A stretch of 64,000 nucleotides of DNA from Bacillota bacterium (GTDB lineage: Bacteria; Bacillota; Dehalobacteriia; UBA4068; UBA4997): positions 61,034-125,033 of the forward strand of contig JAVBWO010000024.1 in assembly GCA_036677375.1 (NCBI GenBank). The letters run 5' to 3'. Shown here in pieces: positions 29,551-41,943 of the stretch. The notes below the pieces were generated by a model. That model worked only from the letters and a program-made list of their open reading frames with translations. It was not told where the DNA came from and searched no databases. A program made the translations under genes and the position numbers. How positions within the stretch are numbered: the stretch's first letter is position 1; each line of letters opens with the position of its first letter.

Positions 29551-29775
29551 TCATCACCTATTTCTTATTACTTCGTTTTTTCTTCCGTTTTCTATTATCT
29601 TCTATTATGTATCTTGTAGCTTGCGTTATCAATTATCATCCGTCTTCCTATCCATAAGAAACCATCGTTACGGTGGTCTTGACGGCAAAAAAGGCTGCCA
29701 TCTGTGATACAATACTGCCACACCGCGTCACACCATATAATCATAGCATAACCATGCCGGTTCTGTAAAATTCTT

Positions 29776-31560
29776 TTATTTGCTAATGCGAAAATCCTGA
29801 ATCTGAACCTGTAACTGATCCCGGTTATTGAAATTATTGACGGAAATATGGTACAGGATATCAAGGAGAACTCCAGGGCCGGCACAACCAAGCAAATCCT
29901 GCCACAGGCAATCGCCGCCACATTCCTTGATCATCTCTTCAAAACGGCCACGCTGCCGGAATAAAATCGCTTGCAAAGTTCCACTGTCATGATTCAACTG
30001 GAAGGTGAGCCGCACCACCTGCTCTGTAGAACCGAAAAGCTGGATCTGCCGCAGGAGGACGCCTTTGGCAGCAAAAAGCGGGATAGCGTTGCCCTTGCCA
30101 AAAGGCTCCAGCCGGTACTGTGCTCTGGCCAGATCCAGGCTTAGCCATTCTATGGGCAGTTGCAGATCGATTAAGGTTTGCGGCATCATCTCCTCAACGG
30201 TCAGCTCACAGTGGCTGTTTAGGAATTGCCGCAAAGCCTGGATATTTTCCACCGGCACCGACAGGCCCGCCGCCATGGGATGGCCGCCAAAAGCCAACAG
30301 CAAATGCTGGCACTGCTGTAAGGATTCAAACATATTGTAACCGGGAATGGAACGGCCGGAACCGCGCACCGGCTCTTTCTCGCCGGACAAAACAAAGACA
30401 GGACGATGAAATAATTCTTTGATCCGTCCTGCCACGATTCCGCCTACACTTTCCGGCAAGCGACTGTCGTAAATGACCAGAACCTTGTCCTCTTGAAGCT
30501 CCATTTCCTTGATATCGCCCAAAGCGATTTCCACGCCTTTGGCCGTCATATGTTTCCGGGCAGTGTTCAGTTCCACCAGCTTTTCCGCCAAAATCTGCGC
30601 CGCTTCTTCCTGAGCCAGCAAAAGCTCCACAGCCGTTTCCGCCATATCCAAACGGCCAGAGGCATTGATGCAGGGCCCTAAAATAAAGCCGATATGATAA
30701 ACGTCAATTTCTTTTTTGGCCAAGCCAGTGGCCTCAATTAGGCTGCGGATGCCTGGATTGAGGCATTGCCGAAAAGTAGGCAATGCAGTAGCTACCAGAG
30801 TACGGTTTTCGCCCGTCAGATCCATAATATCACAAATGGTAGCAATCGCCGCCATTTGCAGGTATTCCTGACCATCTTTCTGCCAATCCAGTCCCGTGCG
30901 GGCATAAATATATTGCGCGATCTTATAGGCAATAGCCCCCGCGCAAAGCTGTTTGAAAGGATACGGGCAATCCGGCCGTTTGGGGTTGATGATGGCATGA
31001 GCTTCCGGCATGATATAAGTTAAGGTACCGTCGGTATTGGTTTCAAAAGGAACTTCATGATGGTCGGTCACGACGACAGTCAGCCCCAATTCCTTGGCAA
31101 AAGCCACCTGTTCTCTGGCGGCAATGCCGTTATCGCAAGTCAAGAGCAGCTTAATCCCTATATTGGCAAATTCCTGAATGGCACTGCTGTTTAGCCCGTA
31201 TCCCTCAGTCTCCCGCTGCGGGATATAATAGATGGGGTTGGAGCCCAATGCGGTCAAGGTCTTATACAAAATCGTAGTAGCCGTGATGCCATCCACATCA
31301 TAATCACCGTAAACAGCGATTTTTTCGCCTTTCTCCACTGCTTTCAAAATCAGATCAGTTCCACGATCCATATCCTTCATGAGACTGGGTTGATAAAAAT
31401 ATCCGCTTTGGGCGGACAACCATTCTTTGGCGACGGCGGCATCCGAAAGCCCCCTTACCGCTAAAACCTGCGCCAAAGGCAAAGGAAGTCCCGTTTCGCA
31501 GGCCAGACGTTTCACGGCCTCCTCATTGACCGGGCATCCCCGCAATATCCAATTGTTCAT
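29776..31560 (-). CDS. recJ: single-stranded-DNA-specific exonuclease RecJ
   Basis: DHH motifs (GDYDVDG, TCDNG, VVVTDHH) and a DHHA1 domain (GGHPMAAG). Confidence 0.9.
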   Translation of the reverse strand: MNNWILRGCPVNEEAVKRLACETGLPLPLAQVLAVRGLSDAAVAKEWLSAQSGYFYQPSLMKDMDRGTDLILKAVEKGEKIAVYGDYDVDGITATTILYKTLTALGSNPIYYIPQRETEGYGLNSSAIQEFANIGIKLLLTCDNGIAAREQVAFAKELGLTVVVTDHHEVPFETNTDGTLTYIMPEAHAIINPKRPDCPYPFKQLCAGAIAYKIAQYIYARTGLDWQKDGQEYLQMAAIATICDIMDLTGENRTLVATALPTFRQCLNPGIRSLIEATGLAKKEIDVYHIGFILGPCINASGRLDMAETAVELLLAQEEAAQILAEKLVELNTARKHMTAKGVEIALGDIKEMELQEDKVLVIYDSRLPESVGGIVAGRIKELFHRPVFVLSGEKEPVRGSGRSIPGYNMFESLQQCQHLLLAFGGHPMAAGLSVPVENIQALRQFLNSHCELTVEEMMPQTLIDLQLPIEWLSLDLARAQYRLEPFGKGNAIPLFAAKGVLLRQIQLFGSTEQVVRLTFQLNHDSGTLQAILFRQRGRFEEMIKECGGDCLWQDLLGCAGPGVLLDILYHISVNNFNNRDQLQVQIQDFRISK

Positions 31561-31632
31561 TCCACACCGCTTTCCAAGTTCTGTCAATGCTTATGCATCA
31601 ACGGTTCTCATTTCATACCTATATTATACTAA

Positions 31633-31666
31633 AAGCAAGCATGATTGTCATCATGCTTGCTTTTAT
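31633..31666 (-). terminator. bidirectional hairpin terminator after secF
   Basis: aaaagcaagcatga ttgtca tcatgcttgctttt. Confidence 0.6.
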
Positions 31667-31702
31667 TTCAAGGCAAAAATCTACAAATTAAGCTATATTA
31701 CG

Positions 31703-32731
31703 CTATTTGTTTTTCTTAGAACCCTTTTTGCCATTGGACTTTTTACTTTTGTTATTCGTCTTGGCAGGAGCAGACGATTTGGTTTCATCGGGAAGAACCG
31801 GCTTGGCTTCTGTTTTAACGGGTTGAGGAGCAGTCGGCTTAGAACCGGACTTGACCGAAGTTTGTTTTGATTTGGAGCCGATGCGTCCGCCGATATCGGT
31901 TAAGATAGAACCGGCAATAAAAACGGAAGAATAGCAGCCGCCCACAACACCGACTAAGAGCGCCAAGGCAAAGTTCTTGGTGCTGGCGCCACCGAAGAAA
32001 AACAAGGCCACCAATAAGAGCAAGACGGCTACCGAAGTATTGATGGAACGCGCTATGGTTTGGTTGACGCTGATATTGACCAAATCAGAAAAAGGCATCT
32101 TGCTAAGCTTGCGCGTATTTTCCCGGATACGGTCAAAGATAACGATGGTGTTATTGATGGAATAGCCTAGGATCGTTAGGATCGCCGCCACAAAGGTGCT
32201 GTCTACCTCCAGCTGCATGATGGAAAATAAACCCAAGGTAAGCAACACATCGTGTATCAAGGGCACAATAGCGGAAATGGCATAGTTAAATTTAAATCGG
32301 ATCGTGATATAAAGCAACATACAGATGACGGCGATAATCAGCGCCGTCTCGGCTTTACTAATCAGCTCCCGGCCTATGGTAGGGCCAATATGCTCATTCC
32401 GCAGAATTACTATATTGCCAAAGGAGCTTTTCATCTCATCCAGCATTGCCGCGCTTTGTTCTTCGTCTATATCGGCTGTCCGAATCAGGTAGCTGTTATT
32501 ATCAGACTTCTGGATGCTGGGGGTTTGGGACACGTACTGATTTAGCACAGTCCGTAAGTCCGTAGCTTCCGGCATGGTTTCAAACTGGATCTGGTAAAGG
32601 TTGCCTCCGGTGAAGTCCAAGCCTTTATTTAAGCCTTGCGTAAAGAAAGAGATGAGCCCGGCAAGAATAAGAACAATGGAAATGAGATACCATATCTTCC
32701 TTTTGCCAATAATATTCAACTGTCTATCCAT
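31703..32731 (-). CDS. secF: protein translocase subunit SecF with a roughly 60-aa Lys/Ser/Pro-rich C-terminal tail
   Basis: SecF TM pattern. The ATG overlaps the secD TAA (TAATG). Confidence 0.9.
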   Translation of the reverse strand: MDRQLNIIGKRKIWYLISIVLILAGLISFFTQGLNKGLDFTGGNLYQIQFETMPEATDLRTVLNQYVSQTPSIQKSDNNSYLIRTADIDEEQSAAMLDEMKSSFGNIVILRNEHIGPTIGRELISKAETALIIAVICMLLYITIRFKFNYAISAIVPLIHDVLLTLGLFSIMQLEVDSTFVAAILTILGYSINNTIVIFDRIRENTRKLSKMPFSDLVNISVNQTIARSINTSVAVLLLLVALFFFGGASTKNFALALLVGVVGGCYSSVFIAGSILTDIGGRIGSKSKQTSVKSGSKPTAPQPVKTEAKPVLPDETKSSAPAKTNNKSKKSNGKKGSKKNK

Positions 32732-33945
32732 TAGGCTCTCCTCCTTCCACCATAAAGATGTGGACTGTTGCCGAAGGCCGAGATGTCGGTGCTCCAACGC
32801 AGGAGATAATGGGTCAGAGTCAATGCGGTGAACATGCTGACTAAGATACCCATTGACAGTGTAACGGCAAACCCTTGAATGGAACCGCTGCCGAATTTAT
32901 AAAGAACAGCCGCCGCAATTAAAGTGGTAACGTTAGAGTCTACAATGGTCCAAAGAGCACGGCTGAAACCGGCGTCAATCGCAGCACGCAAGGATTTGCC
33001 GCCGCGAACCTCCTCCTTGATACGCTCATAAATAATAATATTGGCGTCAACAGCCATCCCGATGGACAAGACGAACCCAGCAATCCCCGGCAGCGTCAGG
33101 ACAACTCCTATCAGATTCAAAAGCCAAATTAGGATCAGCCCGTAGAAAACCAGAGAAATGAAAGCAACCACGCCGGGCAGTCGGTAATAAGCAACCAAGA
33201 AGATCACCAGAAGAATCAGCCCGATTATACCTGCATGAAAGCTCTTAAGTAAAGAATCCATACCAAGGCTGGGACCTACCGTTCTTTTGGACATGACTTC
33301 CACGTTAACGGGCAGAGCGCCGCCACGCAGGATCGCGGCAGTTGCAATGGCTTCATCCAATGTATATTGACCGGTGATACGGGCTTTCCCATCGGTAATA
33401 GGTACTTCTACCACAGGATCGGTCAACATTTCATTATCCAAATAAATAGTAATCTTTTGTCCCACCAGCCTTGCGGTGGCATCGGCAAACTTTTCCTTCC
33501 CGCTGTCGGAGAATTCCAGACTGATGGAGATTTCACCGTTGTTATTGACACCTTGCGCATTGGTCAGCTCGGCGCCGGAAAGAATCACATTGCCGTCAGG
33601 ATCGCGGAATTCCAGTTTAGCAGTCTTCCCCAGACGTTCTATGGCTTCATCAGGGTCGTTTACACCTGCCAATTGAATGATTAAACGGTCGTCCCCTTCT
33701 TTTTGGATGATAGGCTCGCTAACACCCATTTCGTCAACCCTTTTGCGCATAATTTCCTGTAATTGACTCATGTCATCGCTGGTAACGGATTTCCCTTCCT
33801 CTGGTACCGCTTTCAGTACAACTTCGGCGCCGCCTTTCAAATCCAAACCTAGCTGGGTTTGGGTTTTCAAAGGTGTAAAAGAAAACACCGCACCCAAAAT
33901 GGCGATGAGTATTACAACGGCAAGCTTTGTGCCGCCTTTACCCAT
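32731..33945 (-). CDS. secD: protein translocase subunit SecD
   Basis: LGLDLKGG and the SecD periplasmic and TM pattern. ATG 33945 follows AAGGAGGGA. Confidence 0.9.
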   Translation of the reverse strand: MGKGGTKLAVVILIAILGAVFSFTPLKTQTQLGLDLKGGAEVVLKAVPEEGKSVTSDDMSQLQEIMRKRVDEMGVSEPIIQKEGDDRLIIQLAGVNDPDEAIERLGKTAKLEFRDPDGNVILSGAELTNAQGVNNNGEISISLEFSDSGKEKFADATARLVGQKITIYLDNEMLTDPVVEVPITDGKARITGQYTLDEAIATAAILRGGALPVNVEVMSKRTVGPSLGMDSLLKSFHAGIIGLILLVIFLVAYYRLPGVVAFISLVFYGLILIWLLNLIGVVLTLPGIAGFVLSIGMAVDANIIIYERIKEEVRGGKSLRAAIDAGFSRALWTIVDSNVTTLIAAAVLYKFGSGSIQGFAVTLSMGILVSMFTALTLTHYLLRWSTDISAFGNSPHLYGGRRRA

Positions 33946-34070
33946 ACACGTTCCCTCCTTGATCCAATATGTAGATATCAAAAATTACTATACAATTATA
34001 CTCCCGCAAAGAAATACTGTCAATGTAAAAGCAAATGCAAAGCAGATTAACAAAAAAATACTTTGCAAAA

Positions 34071-34097
34071 AAAAAGACCTCAAAAAGGTCTTTTTTT
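34071..34097 (-). terminator. hairpin terminator after yajC
   Basis: aaagacct caaa aaggtcttt flanked by A- and T-runs. Confidence 0.5.
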
Positions 34098-34111
34098 GAT
34101 CTGGAGAGGTT

Positions 34112-34399
34112 TTATTCTCCTTCTTTTTTCAGGTTCTCTTTGGTCTTTAACGTACCGATACCGCCTTTGGTGATTTCTACTTCCACCTTTTCCGCTAAAC
34201 GCAGCCAAACAGTATCTTCTTTAATCCGGGTGATGGTGCCAAGAAAGCCGCCGATGGTAACAACTTCGTCACCGACGCTTAAGCTGTTCATCATCGCTTG
34301 CCGTGTTTTTTTCTGCTTCTGCTGCGGACGGATGAGCAGGAAGTAAAAAATGGCAATAAAGATGACAATCCAGCCGATACCTAGTGCTTGTGATTGCAA
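34112..34399 (-). CDS. yajC: preprotein translocase subunit YajC
   Basis: Single TM segment followed by RPQQKQKK ... L.VGDEVVTIGG. Confidence 0.85.
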   Translation of the reverse strand: MQSQALGIGWIVIFIAIFYFLLIRPQQKQKKTRQAMMNSLSVGDEVVTIGGFLGTITRIKEDTVWLRLAEKVEVEITKGGIGTLKTKENLKKEGE

Positions 34400-34473
34400 T
34401 GAGTTTCACCACCTTATTTGTCTTTTTTTGATATTTCAAAATAAATTCGTTATATAAAAGAAAATTCCTTCTT

Positions 34474-35613
<1,140 letters not shown>

Positions 35614-35874
35614 CTAAAATAGTATTTGCTTTAACAACGATATACAGGCATATTTTATCGTCTTTTATTATCTTTTATTTATCTATCGTCAGTTACCGGC
35701 AACCTTTTTTTTGAGAAAAGCAACAAAATGCTGCTGCCGTTTTAACATCCGAAACAAACATTTTAGTGTGATCCTTTAGCATGATAAAATAAAATTCTAA
35801 TATGTTGTGTATTTGCTACCGGGAATGACCGTCCATGACATCGAATGCTTCTTTGGCATAAGAGACAATTGATC

Positions 35875-36897
35875 TTATATAATGAGCATGGCGTCGCCAA
35901 AGCTGAAGAAGCGGTAGCGCTCCCGGATGGCTTCCTCATAGGCGGCTAAAATATGCTCCCGTCCCGCTAAAGCGGATACCAACATAAGCAGTGTGCTTTT
36001 GGGAAGATGAAAATTAGTGATTAGCCCCTCCACCGCCTTGAAACGGTAACCGGGATAAATATAGCTTTCCGTAAAACCCGTCCCCGGCAGAATAATGCCT
36101 TCCGGCGTGGCCACGGTTTCCAATGTCCGGGTGGAGGTGGTTCCCACGCTGAGGATGCGGCCGCCGGCGGCTTTCGCCTCATTGATAAGACGGGCCGTCG
36201 CTTCTGTGACCTCATAATATTCGGCATGCATCTTATGCTCTTCAATGATGTCCACTTTGACAGGACGGAAAGTACCAAGGCCAACATGGAGCAGCACCTT
36301 GGCAATGATAACGCCCTGCTCTGTTAACTCCGTCAAAAGGCGCTCCGTAAAGTGCAGCCCGGCGGTAGGAGCGGCGGCGGAACCGGGTTCCCTGGCATAA
36401 ACAGGCTGGTAACGATTGCCGTCTTCCAGTTTTTCTTTAATATAAGGCGGCAGCGGCATCTGCCCCATCCGGTCTAAGATGCTAAAAAAGTCTCCATCAT
36501 ATTCAAAACGGATGATGCGGGTGCCATCCTCCCCGATTTCTTCGATTACAGCGCCTACCTCAGGCAAAGGCAGCTGCAATCTCGTACCGGGAGGCACTTT
36601 CTTGCCAGGACGCACCAAAGTCTGCCAGCGGTAACGGTCCAGCTGCCGCAGCAATACCAATTCAATGGCTGCGCCGCTGGGTTTTTGAGCATAGATCCTG
36701 GCCGGAATGACCTTGGTATCATTGATCACCAGCACATCCCCAGGCTTGAGATATTCTCCCACTTCATAAAAATGCCGGTGTTCCATGGCACCTGTTTCTT
36801 TATGCAATACCAAAAGCCGGGAAGCGTCCCGCGGTTCGATGGGATGCTGGGCAATCAACTCCTCCGGCAGATCATAATCAAATTCTGCAATGTGCAT
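35875..36897 (-). CDS. queA: S-adenosylmethionine:tRNA ribosyltransferase-isomerase
   Basis: [14 protein letters not shown] and [10 protein letters not shown] motifs. Confidence 0.95.
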   Translation of the reverse strand: MHIAEFDYDLPEELIAQHPIEPRDASRLLVLHKETGAMEHRHFYEVGEYLKPGDVLVINDTKVIPARIYAQKPSGAAIELVLLRQLDRYRWQTLVRPGKKVPPGTRLQLPLPEVGAVIEEIGEDGTRIIRFEYDGDFFSILDRMGQMPLPPYIKEKLEDGNRYQPVYAREPGSAAAPTAGLHFTERLLTELTEQGVIIAKVLLHVGLGTFRPVKVDIIEEHKMHAEYYEVTEATARLINEAKAAGGRILSVGTTSTRTLETVATPEGIILPGTGFTESYIYPGYRFKAVEGLITNFHLPKSTLLMLVSALAGREHILAAYEEAIRERYRFFSFGDAMLII

Positions 36898-37062
36898 TTT
36901 AAATGTTTCCTACTTCCAGAAATTTTATTATAAAAGATAACCGCAAGCACCTATTCGTAAAAAAACACCGGCCATCCTTTTTATTGCTTTTATTTATCAT
37001 TCCCGGCTATAACCGGTTTTAACACGTTTAATGCTCTTTTCAACGGTTCTTTTGGCCTGTTT

Positions 37063-38472
37063 TTAATAGCTGCCATACTCTGTCAGGATCAGCCTGCCGG
37101 AATCCGCACCGCCATAATAGTGCTGTAAAATCTCATCATAGGTATATCCGTCATTGGCCATGCCCCTGGCGCCCCATTGGCTCATTCCGACACCGTGGCC
37201 CCAGCCTTTGCCATTGATGACAATGTTGTTATTGGCAACGACGCCGGCACCGTCCAAATTCAACGTCTTGGCAGCATTCTTCACGAAAACGCCCGTGATC
37301 TTACTGAGCAAGGTGGTAACGCCGTCTTTACCATAGCTATAAAGGCTGCTCCACTCTTTTTTCACCGGCTCTCCAACGGCATCTAAGACATAGATACTGT
37401 CCTGAGATGAGGTCACGCTTTGGTTGTTGACCGTAAAAAGCGTGCTTTTTAGGTTCAATAGCGAACGAATGTCGTCCCGGTAAACGATCAGCTGGCCCTT
37501 TGTACCGTTGACGAGCACCTTGGTGATACGCCCCGAAGCGGTGGTACCGCCGCCTACCCGGTTTTCACTGTAAACTTCCAAACTGGTAAAACTGCCAAAA
37601 TCCCCGCTGATACTGCGGTTTGTTTTATATTTATTCACAAGTGCTGTGATCTCCTCCGGCGTATAGGTCACCGTCCAGCTATTATGCGCCGCCGGGCCGG
37701 TGCTGTCATAAGGGGATTCCACCGCCTGAAAATAGGGATACGTTTGGGAGCCCCAGATATTTTCAATATTTTCTGTATAGCCGCCGGCATGGGCGTGATA
37801 AAACCCCTCTACCAAATCATAAGAGCCGTCTTCCATCTTATAATACATAACTTGATCCGCCGTATTTTTCACCGCTTGTACCACTTTAGCACCGTTGGTG
37901 GAAACTTCGGCTTCATAACCGCCGTAAACCTGGCTGGCAGTGGTAGCGGCAACATCATAGGAAGCATTGCTCGCCAGATTGGCATAACCGTAGGAACGGC
38001 TGGCCACCGCCTGCGCCTCCATGGCTCCCAAAGGAGCGTCATAGCCGATCTCTTTCCCCACTACGCCTTTCAGATAATCCTCCATATCCAGGATATTGAT
38101 GACAAGCCCTTTGGTCAAAAGCCCGAAACCGCCCCTGTAGCGAACGCTTTTGAAGGTCAGGAGATTCTCTTCGCCGCTGTCTGCTTGTGCAATGGCGATG
38201 GGTGGCGCTATGGCGCCCAGGCTTTTGCCGTCAAGAGTAAGGATCCAACTGCTGCCGCTATAGGAAGCCGACAAAGTACCGCCTTGCTCCAAGGCGCCTA
38301 ATTCCCGGCTGGGAAAGCCGCCGGTAATGACGTATTCTCCCGCGCTGGCCTTAATGGTAACGCTTGTAGCATTCTGCTGTAAAGCCACCCGGATGGGAGA
38401 AGCCATTGCGGCAGGCGCAGCTGCGCCAATCAATATAATGATGCCTATAAACAGCCAAAAGGCCTTTTTCAT
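37063..38472 (-). CDS. SpoIID/LytB-domain protein (stage II sporulation protein D-like)
   Basis: Signal peptide, then the SpoIID amidase-enhancer core (YLKGVVGKEIG, QAVASRSY, HAHAGGYTE, GHGVGMSQWGA). Confidence 0.8.
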   Translation of the reverse strand: MKKAFWLFIGIIILIGAAAPAAMASPIRVALQQNATSVTIKASAGEYVITGGFPSRELGALEQGGTLSASYSGSSWILTLDGKSLGAIAPPIAIAQADSGEENLLTFKSVRYRGGFGLLTKGLVINILDMEDYLKGVVGKEIGYDAPLGAMEAQAVASRSYGYANLASNASYDVAATTASQVYGGYEAEVSTNGAKVVQAVKNTADQVMYYKMEDGSYDLVEGFYHAHAGGYTENIENIWGSQTYPYFQAVESPYDSTGPAAHNSWTVTYTPEEITALVNKYKTNRSISGDFGSFTSLEVYSENRVGGGTTASGRITKVLVNGTKGQLIVYRDDIRSLLNLKSTLFTVNNQSVTSSQDSIYVLDAVGEPVKKEWSSLYSYGKDGVTTLLSKITGVFVKNAAKTLNLDGAGVVANNNIVINGKGWGHGVGMSQWGARGMANDGYTYDEILQHYYGGADSGRLILTEYGSY

Positions 38473-38834
38473 CCTATGTAGCCTCCTTTAAAACCATAAA
38501 ACAGTAGCTACTTCGACAAAAAAGGCACAATTCCCTGCAAAATCCGACAGAGCATTTGGTGAAGATATTTTACTTAAGAGGGACAAGACACAATACGGTA
38601 TGCCAACTTTTGAAAAAGCGCCCGAACCCAGCGGAAAAACTTCTTTTTCTTAACTGGTTCTTAACCGGTTCTTAACCAGGCTCCGGAGTTAAAAAAGACT
38701 TCATAACGTACCGGAGAAAGCTTTAGGACATTTTACTTTTGACCGGTTGTTTGCATTTTTTACTGTGTCCGAAATTTTCCTTATTTTCAGATGGAATGAA
38801 TAACCATCTCCCGGCAGCGTGCTGTCAGGAAGCA

Positions 38835-39050
38835 TTAACGCCGGAAAAACCAACCGAACAAGCTTAACACGATACTGATGATAATGCAAGTGACCACCGG
38901 AAAATAAAAGGTGAAATTCCCCTTCTGCACCACGATATCGCCGGGAACGCGGCCGATAAACCGCCCCAGTAAAAAGAAGACTCCTCCTATGATAATAAGA
39001 AGAACACCGCCGATTATGAGAAATTTACCGATGCTCTGCATTTCCATCAT
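38835..39050 (-). CDS. DUF2905 small membrane protein
   Basis: Two TM segments flanking GRxPGDI...G.F.FYFP, typical of DUF2905. RBS is GGGAGG. Confidence 0.7.
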   Translation of the reverse strand: MMEMQSIGKFLIIGGVLLIIIGGVFFLLGRFIGRVPGDIVVQKGNFTFYFPVVTCIIISIVLSLFGWFFRR

Positions 39051-39583
39051 TTTGCCTCCCGCCAATAGCGTTCCTTTTCGCTATAAACGCAACCGCAATA
39101 CCCCTGACGGTAAAGCTCCAGTTCTTTGGCTTTTTGCTGCCCTGCCCGGAAGACGGGGCGAAAATCTTCATAATAAAAGGGAATGCCGTATGTCGCCCCT
39201 AGCGACTCGCCGGTTTCTTTTAAGAGTTCATGCTTTTGATAAGGACTAATTAAAAGCGTTGTGGAAAAAGCGTCCATGCCTATGGCTTTCGCCGCCTTGG
39301 CCGCCTCCTCCAAACGGATACGGTAACACTGTGGGCAACGGTTCTCCGGTTTTTGGGCGACCTGGCGCAAAAAAGATTCCAGCGCATAATCATCTTGCAC
39401 CACAAGGGGGATGCCCATGGCGCCTGTATAAGAAATCAAAGTATCACGCCTTTTTTTATACTCCTGGTAAGGATGGATATTGGGATTATAAAACCATGCC
39501 GTCACCTCGTGACCCGCCGTCTGTAAAAGTTCAAGAGGCTTGATGGCGCAAGGCGCGCAGCAGCAATGCAACAAGAGCTTCAC
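39047..39583 (-). CDS. queH: epoxyqueuosine reductase QueH (DUF208)
   Basis: LLHCCCAPC N-terminus and CPQC / CGC cysteine motifs. Confidence 0.85.
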   Translation of the reverse strand: MKLLLHCCCAPCAIKPLELLQTAGHEVTAWFYNPNIHPYQEYKKRRDTLISYTGAMGIPLVVQDDYALESFLRQVAQKPENRCPQCYRIRLEEAAKAAKAIGMDAFSTTLLISPYQKHELLKETGESLGATYGIPFYYEDFRPVFRAGQQKAKELELYRQGYCGCVYSEKERYWREAK

Positions 39584-39606
39584 TAGTTATCATCTCCTAA
39601 AAATAT

Positions 39607-40671
39607 CTAGAAAAGTTTGATCTGTTCATCCTCATCGATTGTTTGTTTTTTGTCATTTTGGCCGTTTGCTTTAGGGGACGGCGGCACGACGCCAAAATAG
39701 CGGTAAGCCTCGGCAGTCACCTGTCTGCCCCGGGGCGTGCGGTTCAAAAAGCCCAACTGTAAAAGATAAGGTTCACAGACATCTTCGATGGTATCGGCCG
39801 ATTCGCTGATGGTGGCGGCAATGGTGTCCAAACCCACCGGCCCGCCGTCAAAGATCTCGATAATGGTGCGCAACACCTTTTGGTCCGTTTTATCTAACCC
39901 CAAAGCGTCGATATCCAGAAGCTCCAACCCGTATTGGGCCAGCTCTTTTGTGATGACTCCGTTCCCTTGGACGTCGGCAAAATCCCTGAGCCGCTTCAAG
40001 AGGCGGTTGGCGATACGGGGAGTGCCCCGGGAACGCCGCGCCACTTCCTGGGCGCCGGCCTTGTCGATTTCCACCTTCAAAACAGCGGCGGCCCGGTGCA
40101 CAATGGTCAAAAGTTCTTCCTCTGTATAATATTCCAAACGGGAAATCACGCCGAAACGGTCGCGCAAAGGCGCCGTCAGCATGCCCGCCCGGGTGGTAGC
40201 GCCAATTAAGGTAAAGGGCTGCACCGGCAGATGCAAGGTTTGAGCGCCGGGGCCCTTTCCCATGACGATGTCGATATGAAAATCCTCCATGGCCGGGTAA
40301 AGCACCTCTTCCACCGCCCGGTTCAAACGGTGGATCTCGTCGATGAACAAAACGTCCCGAGGTGTCAGATCGGCCAAAATGGAAGCCAGATCTCCGGCAT
40401 GCTCGATGGCCGGGCCAGAGGTGGTGCGGATGCCTACGCCCAGCTCCGCCGCAATGATATTGGCCAAGGTGGTCTTACCCAAGCCGGGCGGCCCGTAAAG
40501 CAGGACATGATCCAAAGCTTCTCCCCTGCCCCGCGCCGCTTTGATGAAGACCTCAATATTTTCTTTTACTTTGCTTTGCCCCACATATTCCGCCAAAGAC
40601 TGGGGACGCATATTTTGTTCGCCCGCGACGTCTTCCGGCCTCAGCGTGGATGTGATCAGTCGGTTGTCCAA
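39607..40671 (-). CDS. ruvB: Holliday junction helicase RuvB
   Basis: Walker [10 protein letters not shown], Walker B FIDEIHR and a RuvB C-terminal winged helix. Confidence 0.95.
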   Translation of the reverse strand: MDNRLITSTLRPEDVAGEQNMRPQSLAEYVGQSKVKENIEVFIKAARGRGEALDHVLLYGPPGLGKTTLANIIAAELGVGIRTTSGPAIEHAGDLASILADLTPRDVLFIDEIHRLNRAVEEVLYPAMEDFHIDIVMGKGPGAQTLHLPVQPFTLIGATTRAGMLTAPLRDRFGVISRLEYYTEEELLTIVHRAAAVLKVEIDKAGAQEVARRSRGTPRIANRLLKRLRDFADVQGNGVITKELAQYGLELLDIDALGLDKTDQKVLRTIIEIFDGGPVGLDTIAATISESADTIEDVCEPYLLQLGFLNRTPRGRQVTAEAYRYFGVVPPSPKANGQNDKKQTIDEDEQIKLF

Positions 40672-40683
40672 AAAAACTGCCTC

Positions 40684-41295
40684 CTATCTTGCCGCCAGCT
40701 TCAAAGCTTCCATGATCAAAGCCTCCAGAGAAGCGCCGCCGCCTAAATTCTTGGCGGCACGAACGGCCAAAGAACGAGCCTCCATGGCGCCATAGCCCAG
40801 CTGCGTCAAAGCAGTGACGACTTCCTGCCCCGGCAGCACAGTAACGCTTTCCGGCGGGGTTTCTTTAGCAACACCGGTAATATTATAACCCATTTTAGCA
40901 CATTTGTCTTTTAGTTCTAAAATCAGCCGCTGCCCCAGCTTTTTACCAATGCCGGGCACTGTGCGGAAGGTATTTTCATTTTCCGTCAGAATGCCCTGTA
41001 CAATCAAGGCAGGAGACAGCGCGTTCAAGGCAGTCAAGGCAATTTTGGCTCCCACGCCGGAGACCCCTGTCAGCAGGCGAAACATGGTCAATTGCTCCCG
41101 GTCGGTAAAGCCAAACAGCTGTAATAGCTCTTCTTTCACCACTAAAACGGTATGCAGTTCGATCTCCTCGCCGATGACAGGGACGGCGTCCATCTGCGCC
41201 AAAGGCGTATAGACCTGATAGCCGATACCCCCTACGTCAATGATGAGGGAATCCTCCTCCACCCCTTTGACACTGCCGCGAATAAATGCGATCAT
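40684..41295 (-). CDS. ruvA: Holliday junction DNA helicase RuvA
   Basis: MIAFIRG...GIGYQV start and HhH motifs (VSGVGAK, VPGIGKK). ATGA overlap with ruvC. The 115-codon upstream extension in the track ORF overlaps ruvC and is not credible. Confidence 0.95.
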   Translation of the reverse strand: MIAFIRGSVKGVEEDSLIIDVGGIGYQVYTPLAQMDAVPVIGEEIELHTVLVVKEELLQLFGFTDREQLTMFRLLTGVSGVGAKIALTALNALSPALIVQGILTENENTFRTVPGIGKKLGQRLILELKDKCAKMGYNITGVAKETPPESVTVLPGQEVVTALTQLGYGAMEARSLAVRAAKNLGGGASLEALIMEALKLAAR

Positions 41296-41798
41296 TGATT
41301 GCTCCCCTTTCCTTGCGTCAACAACTGGATCTTGCGCCAGTTGCCGTGGCAGATGGCCACGGCCAAAGCATCCGCCGCGTCGTCCGGCTTGGGTGTTTCC
41401 TTCAGATTCAAAATCCGGCAAACCATATACTGCACCTGTTTTTTTTGCGCCCGGCCATAACAGGCCACCGCCTGCTTGACCTGAAGGGGCGTGTATTCGC
41501 CGATGGGCTGGCCCCGCCGGGCGGCCGCCAAAAGCAGCACTCCTCTGGCCTGCCCCACTGTCAGGGCCGTAGTGGTATTCCGGTTGAAGAAAAGCTCTTC
41601 TATAGCCACCTCGTCCGGCTCCACCTCGGCCAAAAGGCACTCCATTGCCTGGTAGATCATATTCAATCGCTCCGGCATGGCAAGATGCGCCGGCGTCTGA
41701 ATGCAGCCGTAATCAAGCAAACGGTAGCATCCTCCGGCAAGCTCCACAACGCCGTAACCGGTGGTCGCCGTTCCCGGATCTATCCCTAATATTCTCAA
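41292..41798 (-). CDS. ruvC: crossover junction endodeoxyribonuclease RuvC
   Basis: ILGIDPG start and an RNase H-fold acidic residue pattern. Confidence 0.95.
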   Translation of the reverse strand: MRILGIDPGTATTGYGVVELAGGCYRLLDYGCIQTPAHLAMPERLNMIYQAMECLLAEVEPDEVAIEELFFNRNTTTALTVGQARGVLLLAAARRGQPIGEYTPLQVKQAVACYGRAQKKQVQYMVCRILNLKETPKPDDAADALAVAICHGNWRKIQLLTQGKGSNQ

Positions 41799-41859
41799 AA
41801 TTTGCTCACTCCTTGTTTTGCTGAACTATTTCGCCAAAAAGAATAATTATTCCTGCACC

Positions 41860-41889
41860 TTGACTTTATCACACAAATAAAGGTAAAAT
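41860..41889 (+). promoter_or_regulatory. candidate sigma-A promoter for mscL
   Basis: TTGACT, an 18-nt spacer, then TAAAAT. Confidence 0.35.
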
Positions 41890-41943
41890 ATTGTTGTATT
41901 TCTTGCCGTTTCGTTTTATAATAGCAAAGGTGGAGGAACGCAA

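Noticed and set aside
38473-38834. Possible riboswitch, sRNA or sigma-E promoter in the 363-bp spacer upstream of the spoIID-like gene (includes the 62-aa ORF at 38701-38889 and ggttcttaacc repeats)
   Set aside because: No known riboswitch core could be recognised. The CATACCGT -10-like element has no convincing -35 partner, and the ORF lacks an RBS.
41296-41640. 115-codon N-terminal extension of the ruvA ORF
   Set aside because: It overlaps ruvC in another frame and is Gly/Arg-rich nonsense. The canonical RuvA N-terminus MIAFIRG starts at 41295 with an ATGA overlap.
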